A program made the position numbers and the translations under genes. A DNA stretch of 32,000 nt from Mucisphaera calidilacus (lineage in GTDB: Bacteria > Planctomycetota > Phycisphaerae > Phycisphaerales > Phycisphaeraceae), in assembly GCF_007748075.1 (NCBI RefSeq), contig NZ_CP036280.1:150001-182000 (forward strand), given 5' to 3'. The notes below the pieces were generated by a model that searched no databases, was not told where the DNA came from, and saw nothing but the letters and a program-made list of their open reading frames with translations. How positions within the stretch are numbered: the first letter of the stretch is position 1; each line of letters begins with the position of its first letter. This document shows positions 26,353 to 32,000 of the stretch, piece by piece.

Positions 26353-26452
26353 CCCCCCGGAAGCCCCGGCCCCGGAAGCCCGGGATGACGGGTGATGGAG
26401 TTCGGCGTATGCGACGGGCTCTGGCTCGAAGATCTTGAGATCAGACTGATGC

Positions 26453-26481
26453 GGGCGGCGGATGATCTCCGTCGCCCGTTT
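26453..26481 (+). terminator. Candidate stem-loop (weak terminator or processing site) between tuf and rpmG
   Basis: GGGCGGCGGA (26453-26462), loop TGATC, TCCGTCGCCC (26468-26477): 10 bp including one G-T pair. It is followed only by GTTT. Confidence 0.3.
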
Positions 26482-26524
26482 CCCATGAGAGGCCCGGAAG
26501 ATCGGGCCGGACAGGAGCGGCATC

Positions 26525-26707
26525 ATGGCCAAGAAATCGAAGGACGCGGTGGAGTATGTTTGGCTTCAGTGCACGGAGTGCAATGACCTGAACTACCGCA
26601 CGCCGATCAACGTGAAGGGCGGTCTTCCGGAGAAGCTCAAGGACGGGTTGAAGAAGTACTCGCCTCGGTTGCGGAAGCACACGATCCACAAGATCAAGCG
26701 CAAGTAA
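26525..26707 (+). CDS. rpmG: 50S ribosomal protein L33
   Basis: [32 protein letters not shown]...[22 protein letters not shown] lies 7 nt upstream of the ATG. Confidence 0.9.
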   Translation: MAKKSKDAVEYVWLQCTECNDLNYRTPINVKGGLPEKLKDGLKKYSPRLRKHTIHKIKRK

Positions 26708-26716
26708 TCCGGTATT

Positions 26717-26789
<73 letters not shown>

Positions 26790-26819
26790 TTGGGTCTCAG
26801 TTTCTACGTGGAGTTGAGC

Positions 26820-27569
26820 ATGTCCATACGAAGGCGTCTGTCTGCTTCGGTTACACGAGAGCTGAAGTACTACGTTTACTTGTATGTACGGCCTGACACG
26901 GATGAGGTCTTTTATGTGGGCAAGGGCAAGGGGAACCGTGCCTTGTCGCATATCGACGGCAAAGGGGACACGCCTCACGATCAGATCATCCGGGAACTGC
27001 ACAAGAAGCGATTAGAGCCACGGGTCGAGATCCTGATCCACGGATTGGAGACGGAGCGAGAGGCATTGAATGTTGAGATGGCCGCTATCTCGCTGCTGGG
27101 TGTCGATCAGTTGGCCAACCGTGTTGAGGGGCATCGTCGGCATCGCAATGGCCGGATGTCACTGGACCAGGCGCGGGCTTTGTACAGCACGAAGCAGGTG
27201 GAGATTGTTGAGCCTTCGATCCTGATTCGTGTTGCGAGGGCTTATCAATATGGGATGCCTGCTGTGGCGTTGTATGACGCTACTCGCTCGGCATGGAAAA
27301 CGGGGCCAAGGCGTGATCGTGCCAAGTATGCGTTTTCCGTGTTCGAGGGCGTAGTTCGTGAGGTCTATCGGATCACGGCATGGCTGCCTTCGGGTACGAC
27401 CTTCAAAACGGGGCGACACCAAGGCGACCTACGGATTGATCGCTGGGAGTTTGTGGGTGTAGTGGCTGAAGATACTCTGCGAAAAAAGTATCTGGATCGC
27501 TCGGTCGCGCATTATTTCAAGAAGAGTAGTCAGAATCCAATTCTGTATGTCGGGTGTGAGCGTGGGTGA
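26820..27569 (+). CDS. GIY-YIG nuclease-domain protein with an uncharacterised C-terminal domain
   Basis: ATG 26820 lies 30 nt after tRNA-Trp, with GGAG 6 nt upstream. The GIY-YIG core is KYYVYLYVRPDTDEVFYVGKGKGNRALSH...E. I cannot place the C-terminal ~130 aa (LYDATRSAWKTGPRRDRAKYAFSVFEGVVREVYRI...). G+C is lower than in neighbouring genes. Confidence 0.65.
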   Translation: MSIRRRLSASVTRELKYYVYLYVRPDTDEVFYVGKGKGNRALSHIDGKGDTPHDQIIRELHKKRLEPRVEILIHGLETEREALNVEMAAISLLGVDQLANRVEGHRRHRNGRMSLDQARALYSTKQVEIVEPSILIRVARAYQYGMPAVALYDATRSAWKTGPRRDRAKYAFSVFEGVVREVYRITAWLPSGTTFKTGRHQGDLRIDRWEFVGVVAEDTLRKKYLDRSVAHYFKKSSQNPILYVGCERG

Positions 27570-27575
27570 GGGCGT

Positions 27576-27764
27576 TCACTTTTTGTCTGTTTTAAAGAAC
27601 TGCGGGTTGAGGTTGATGCGTGTGCCGTCGGGCAGGCTGGCGGTGACTTCGAGTTCGCCGTCGAGTGCTTCGATGATGCGGCGCAGGCTGTTGATGGTCA
27701 TATCGATTTTTGATTCCATTTTAGAGACGAATGCCTGCTGGACCTGAGTTTGCTGGCGGGTCAA
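27576..27764 (-). pseudogene. XRE-type HTH regulator/antitoxin-like fragment, probably 5'-truncated
   Basis: From TTG 27764 it reads TRQQTQVQQAFVSKMESKIDMTINSLRRIIEALDGELEVTASLPDG. This resembles helix 3 plus the C-terminal tail of XRE/HigA-like proteins. The frame stays open upstream to 27905, but with no ATG/GTG/TTG and no convincing helix 1. Confidence 0.3.
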
Positions 27765-27888
27765 TTCGGTTTCGACGCGACCGCTGTGTCGGAGGCCGGC
27801 GCGGCGTTGATGCTGCCGAGGTTGGTGTTGGTCGGCCGCCGGAGTCGTTGAGGGGTTGTGCGGGCGGGTGTCGTGGTAGGCTTGTGTC

Positions 27889-28524
27889 GTGGATGAAGCG
27901 GCCGTTCATTTCGGCACGGTGCTGATGGCTTTTTTCGCGATTATGAATCCGATCGCGAACACGCCTGTGTTTTTAGGTCTGGCCTCGGATCTGCCCGGTG
28001 GCGTGCGGGCGCGCATCGCGATGCGTGCGGTTTTTCTTGCGTTTGTGATCGTGAGTGTGTTCACGCTGACGGGGAACCTGATCTTCTCGCTCTTCGGGAT
28101 CACGCTGCCGGCGTTCCGGATCGCGGGCGGGGTGCTGGTGGCGTTGGTGGGTTATCACATGCTTCAGGGCGAGTCGTCGCGGGTGCATCATCCGAGTGAT
28201 GCGGACCGGGCGGCGAGTCAGTCGGACGTGATGGACATGGCGGTGTCGCCGCTGGCGATGCCGATCCTGGCGGGGCCGGGGACGATCGCGACGGCGATGA
28301 GTTTCGCTGCGGACGGCGGGACGAGCGCGGTGTTGCGTGTGATCGGCGCTTTCGCGGTGGTGTGTCTGGCGACGCTGGCGAGTTTCCTGGGCGGTCGCTG
28401 GCTGATCGGCGTGCTGGGCCAGAACGCGATCAAGGTGGTGACGCGTCTGATGGGTCTGATTCTTGCGGTGGTGGGTGTTCAGATGATGATCGAGGGTATC
28501 CGCGGCGCGGTAGCTGGGGGTTGA
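27889..28524 (+). CDS. MarC family (UPF0056) integral membrane protein
   Basis: FAIMNPIANTPVFLGL (NPxxxxPxF signature) and about 6 predicted TM segments. GTG 27889 is preferred; ATG 27925 is possible. Confidence 0.8.
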   Translation: MDEAAVHFGTVLMAFFAIMNPIANTPVFLGLASDLPGGVRARIAMRAVFLAFVIVSVFTLTGNLIFSLFGITLPAFRIAGGVLVALVGYHMLQGESSRVHHPSDADRAASQSDVMDMAVSPLAMPILAGPGTIATAMSFAADGGTSAVLRVIGAFAVVCLATLASFLGGRWLIGVLGQNAIKVVTRLMGLILAVVGVQMMIEGIRGAVAGG

Positions 28525-28538
28525 ATAGCAGCGTTGCC

Positions 28539-29462
28539 TTACCGCCGGGTGGCGAGGATTCCGAGGTTGAGGATGGCGATGGACGCGGGCTCGGGGATGG
28601 TTGAGGTGAATCCGAAGTTGGATGCGAGCGCTGAGAGATCGAGCAGGTCGACGGCGGGGTCGAGGGTGAAGTTCCCCTGCGCCCATCCGGCGGAGGTGTG
28701 GAAGTTGGCTGCGAGCGATGAGAGGTCGAGCAGGTCAACTTTTTGGTCGAGGTTGGCGTCGCCGACGGCGGTGTTGAGGATGTCGGTGATGAGGAAGTCG
28801 AGGTCGTCGGCGTCGACGGTCCCGGAGTCGTCGAGGTCGTAGCTGCCGGGGGCGGAGCCGTTGATGATCGCGTTGACAAGGAGGTCGATGTCCTCGGCGT
28901 CGATAGCGCCTGAGCAGTCGAGGTCGCCCGGGATGGCCTCGCCTGCGAGCAGTGAGTTCTCGAGGTTGCGGAACATGGTGTTGTTGGCGCTTTTGCCGCT
29001 CGTCTTGTTGGCAAGGGCGTAGCGGTTGCGGTCCCCGAGGAAGAGTCGGTCGACGAGGTGGTCTTTGGACCGGCTGGAGATCTGGATGGCGTACTGCGCG
29101 CCGGCGGCGAGGTTCCACGAGAGGGAGTGCGGGTCGTTGTCCTTGTTCGAAGCGTCGTGGATCCAGCCGTGGCGGTTGTTCATGTAGACCTTGTACCAGT
29201 AGGCACCGTTTTTGACGTTCTCGTTGGGGATAGGCGCGAGGGCGTTACCGTCGGCGTCAACGATTCGGACCCAGGTGTCGTTGTGCTCGGAGCTCTGGGT
29301 GCCGGCGCCGATGCGTGAGCTGAAGGCGAACTGGTAGCTGGCGCTGTTGGTGATTTCGAAGGCGTAGGTGAGCGTGCCGTGGCCGGGCGACCCTAAGGCG
29401 TCGCGTTGGGCGCGGAGGTAGCCGGTGCCTGAGAAGCCGGTGATGCGCGGCGCGTGTGACAC
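28539..29462 (-). CDS. CBM-like beta-sandwich / dockerin-repeat / PEP-CTERM protein (cargo 4), apparently lacking its signal peptide
   Basis: GFSGTGYL...YQFAFSSRIG...RSKDHLVDRLFL is CBM-like. The EF-hand/dockerin repeats are GDLDCSGAIDAEDIDLLVNAI, YDLDDSGTVDADDLDFLITDI, GDANLDQKVDLLDLSSLAANF and DPAVDLLDLSALASNFG. The C-terminus is IPEPASIAILNLGILATRR. The frame closes 10 codons upstream of GTG 29462, with no hydrophobic leader. Confidence 0.6.
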   Translation of the reverse strand: MSHAPRITGFSGTGYLRAQRDALGSPGHGTLTYAFEITNSASYQFAFSSRIGAGTQSSEHNDTWVRIVDADGNALAPIPNENVKNGAYWYKVYMNNRHGWIHDASNKDNDPHSLSWNLAAGAQYAIQISSRSKDHLVDRLFLGDRNRYALANKTSGKSANNTMFRNLENSLLAGEAIPGDLDCSGAIDAEDIDLLVNAIINGSAPGSYDLDDSGTVDADDLDFLITDILNTAVGDANLDQKVDLLDLSSLAANFHTSAGWAQGNFTLDPAVDLLDLSALASNFGFTSTIPEPASIAILNLGILATRR

Positions 29463-29702
29463 ACAGAGTGTCTGTGCAGATAATTTACCTCATGGCCCCA
29501 CGTTCACAAGTGTTCAGGGTCGGATAAGGGTGTAATTTAAGACTTCAACGGGGAAACAGGTGGTGTGATTGATGGCTTGGATCACTATAAAATGAATAAT
29601 AACAATGAAATACAATCTAAAAAACGAATCCTGATCCTTGCGTCCTGACGCACTGCCGATGGTCGGCAGTTACAGTGGTTGTGTGCTGTCTGGAGAGTCG
29701 TG

Positions 29703-30719
29703 ATGATCGATGTGCAGGACCTGGTGGGCTCGGCGTTAGGCGTGATGGATCGGTGCTCACTGGGGACGCCCGGGCGGTATCGGCGGTGGGGTGTGGCTTG
29801 TGCGGAGGCGGGGTGGGATGCGTTGAATCCCTACGGGGTGGCGGATGCGTTGAACCTGCTTTACACGCTGAGCGCGTGGCCCGTGCCCGAGGATCAGCGG
29901 CGGGGCTTTATCGAGACGCTTGGCGGCATGCAGGATCCGGCGACAGGGCTCTTTCATGAGGCGACGCATCACGCTTATCACACGACGGCGCACTGCATCG
30001 CGGCGCTACATCTGGTCGGATCGCGGCCGAGTCATGGGCTGGTGGCGATGGGGGAGGACGCGATGCCCGATGGCGTGGTGCGTCGGCTGGAGGGGCTGGA
30101 CTGGGTTGAGGGTCCGTGGGGGCAGTCGCATCAGGGGGCTGGGCTGTACGCAAGCGTCAAGCTGGCCATGGGGTTGGATCGTGAGGCGGAGCGAGTGTGG
30201 GAGGATGCTTATTTTGATTGGGTGCTGGCGGCGTTCGATCCGGAGTCGGGGCTGTTACGCCGGGGTTGTCTACCGGGCCAGCATGCCGGTTCGGCGGGGA
30301 TTCATGCGCACATGGCGGGCACGTTTCATTACCTGTTCTGCATGGAATCGGCTCGTGTGCCGCTGCCTTACCCCGAGCGGATGATCGACACGTGTCTGGC
30401 GATGAAGCCGGGTAATGCGTGTCCGGGTCTGGGGTGCAGCGTGGGCTTTATCACGGTCGATTGGGTTTATTGCCTGACGCGGGCGCTGCGTCAGTGCGGG
30501 CACCGTTTTGATGAGGTGCGTGCCGCGGTGCGCGAGGTGGTTACGGGATTGGTGACGTACCTGCGTGGTCTGGATCATGCGTCGGACGTCGGGTTCAACG
30601 ACCTGCACGCGTTGTTTGGTGTGTTCTGCGCTCTGGCCGAGGCGCAGGCGGCGTTGCCGGGTTTGTTGCGGACGGACCGTCCGTTGCGGCTGGTGCTGGA
30701 CGTTCGGCCGTTTATCTGA
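29703..30719 (+). CDS. Hypothetical protein
   Basis: ATG 29703 with GGAGAG 5 nt upstream. G-ending codon usage matches neighbouring + strand genes. The repeated DPxxGL(F/L) motifs (DPATGLF, DPESGLL) hint at an alpha/alpha-toroid fold, but I recognise no family. Confidence 0.5.
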   Translation: MIDVQDLVGSALGVMDRCSLGTPGRYRRWGVACAEAGWDALNPYGVADALNLLYTLSAWPVPEDQRRGFIETLGGMQDPATGLFHEATHHAYHTTAHCIAALHLVGSRPSHGLVAMGEDAMPDGVVRRLEGLDWVEGPWGQSHQGAGLYASVKLAMGLDREAERVWEDAYFDWVLAAFDPESGLLRRGCLPGQHAGSAGIHAHMAGTFHYLFCMESARVPLPYPERMIDTCLAMKPGNACPGLGCSVGFITVDWVYCLTRALRQCGHRFDEVRAAVREVVTGLVTYLRGLDHASDVGFNDLHALFGVFCALAEAQAALPGLLRTDRPLRLVLDVRPFI

Positions 30720-30724
30720 GGTAA

Positions 30725-32000
30725 TCAGGGTGCGGCGGCGGTTCCGCCGCGTCGGTGGTCGGCGACGCCGGTGCGTGTGCCGGTCTTGGGATCGATGCGG
30801 ATGGAGTGAGCGGCGCCTTGGGGACCGGTGCGGACGCGGACGGCGTGGCCGAGGCCGCGAAGGTCCTGGAGGGTGGATTCGGCGATGCCGGGTTCGACGA
30901 CGAGTTCGTCGGGGAACCAGCCGTGATGGATGCGGGGTTCGTCGATGGTCTGGGCGAGGGGCTGGTTGTAGTCGAGGGTGGAGACGAGGATGCCGAGGAC
31001 GGTGTTGATGATGGTGCGTCCGCCGGGAGAGCCGGTGACGAGGATGGCTTTGCCGTGTTGCCGGACGATCGTGGGCGACATGGAACTGAGCATGCGTTTG
31101 CCCGGCTCGATGATGTTGGCGGGCGTGCCGATGCGTCCTTTACGGTCGGTGTGGCCGGGCTTCCAGTTGAAGTCGCCCATCTCGTTGTTGTAGACGAAGC
31201 CGAGTCCGGGCGTGATGATGCGGCTGCCCCAGGCCTGTTCGAGGGTGGTGGTGTTGGCGACGGCCATGCCTTGCTCGTCGATGACGGAGAAGTGGGTGGT
31301 GCTGGGGCTTTCGTCGGCGAGTTGGATGGGTGGTGCGAGCTCTTCGCTGGGCGTAGTCTTGTCGGGGTTGATGGACTGGGCGAGGCTTCGGGCGTAAGCC
31401 TTGGTGGTGAGTTCGGCGAGGGGGACCTCGACGAAGTCGGTGTCGCCGAGGTGTTTGGCGCGTTCGCTGAAGGCGCGTTTCATGGCCTCGGTCATGAGGT
31501 GGAGGGTGCGGACGCTGTAGCGTTCGTCGGCGACGAGGTCGTAGCGTTCGAGCATGTTGAGCATGAGGGTGATGGTGACGCCGCCGGAGCTGGGCGGGGG
31601 TGCGCCGTAGACGTCGTGTCCCAGGTAGGTGGTGTGGATGGCCTTGCGTGTGCGTGCTTCGTAGCCGGCGAGGTCGGTGGTGGTGATGATGCCGCCTTGG
31701 GCTTTCATGTCGTCGGCGATGGCCTGCGCGACCTTGCCCTGGTAGAAGCCCTTGCTGCCCTGGTGCGCGATCGTTTCGAGGGTGTTGGCGAGGTCGGGGA
31801 GTTGGAGGCGGTCGCCTGCCTGCCAGTCGGTGCCGTCGGGTTTGCCGTAAACGCGTCGGAGTTCGGCGAGGTTGTCGGCGGTTTGGGTCTTTTCCTTCTT
31901 GAGGACACTGTTCAGTGAGCCCGCGAGGTGTTCGTCGACGGTGAAGCCGTTGCGGGCGAGTTCGACGGCGGGTGTGACAAGGTCGGCCCATTCGAGGGAG
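30725..32000 (-). CDS. ggt: Gamma-glutamyltransferase; 5' end lies beyond the right edge
   Basis: ESPSTTHFSVIDEQGMAVANTTTLE (autoprocessing Thr region), MLSSMSPTIV and GSPGGRTIINTV. I translated the frame by hand from 31709 to 32000 and found no stop (...LPDLANTLETIAHQGSKGFYQGKVAQAIADDMKAQGG). Track ORF 30725..31708 therefore starts at an internal Met. Confidence 0.9.
   Translation of the reverse strand, partial: SLEWADLVTPAVELARNGFTVDEHLAGSLNSVLKKEKTQTADNLAELRRVYGKPDGTDWQAGDRLQLPDLANTLETIAHQGSKGFYQGKVAQAIADDMKAQGGIITTTDLAGYEARTRKAIHTTYLGHDVYGAPPPSSGGVTITLMLNMLERYDLVADERYSVRTLHLMTEAMKRAFSERAKHLGDTDFVEVPLAELTTKAYARSLAQSINPDKTTPSEELAPPIQLADESPSTTHFSVIDEQGMAVANTTTLEQAWGSRIITPGLGFVYNNEMGDFNWKPGHTDRKGRIGTPANIIEPGKRMLSSMSPTIVRQHGKAILVTGSPGGRTIINTVLGILVSTLDYNQPLAQTIDEPRIHHGWFPDELVVEPGIAESTLQDLRGLGHAVRVRTGPQGAAHSIRIDPKTGTRTGVADHRRGGTAAAP

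Noticed and set aside
26790-27905. A tRNA-Trp-targeted integrative island with att repeats
   Set aside because: I could not find a direct repeat of the tRNA-Trp 3' end downstream by eye, and there is no integrase gene. I therefore report only a synteny break or remnant.

Overview
High-GC bacterial chromosomal window. The EF-Tu insertion, several PEP-CTERM cargo proteins and a dockerin-repeat protein suggest a Planctomycetota-like organism (inference only). Left part, 1-9352: the 5' end of dnaN (-), then an unbroken + strand run. That run holds a five-gene exopolysaccharide module (two pyruvyl transferases, a Wzx-type flippase, GT2, GT4), then rpmI-rplT, a LOG-family protein, a HAD hydrolase and a GH5-like hydrolase. 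At 9367-10071 sits a low-GC islet: an IS200-like HUH/Y1 (RAYT-type) transposase gene flanked by REP-like palindromes and perfect 15-bp inverted termini. Right part: SpoIID-domain protein, recJ, then a PEP-CTERM protein, a VAO/PCMH-type flavoprotein oxidase, a divergent FeeM-like N-acyl amino acid synthase and a second PEP-CTERM protein. These are followed by ilvB, an ECF sigma/anti-sigma pair, mtnP, csrA, a NifU-like protein and a third PEP-CTERM protein. Next comes tRNA-Thr-tuf-rpmG-tRNA-Trp, where the usual ribosomal neighbourhood breaks off into a GIY-YIG nuclease-like gene and an XRE-HTH remnant. The window ends with MarC, a CBM/dockerin/PEP-CTERM protein lacking a signal peptide, a hypothetical protein and a partial ggt. 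The most striking unexplained signal is global. The + strand is strongly C/A-rich up to about 9.35 kb and G/T-rich from about 10.8 kb onward, whatever the gene orientation. Synonymous codon choice flips with it, for example rpmI/rplT versus tuf/rpmG. The polarity is origin-type and lies about 9-10 kb from dnaN. The switch coincides with the RAYT/REP islet, whose palindromes include a perfect TTGTCCACA, the high-GC DnaA-box consensus. Second candidate: the divergent FeeM-like synthase / VAO-type oxidase pair bracketed by PEP-CTERM cargo genes, a possible N-acyl amino acid lipid module. No CRISPR array, rRNA or integrase was seen. Most long ORFs in the track that lie antisense or out of frame to the calls below are composition artefacts.
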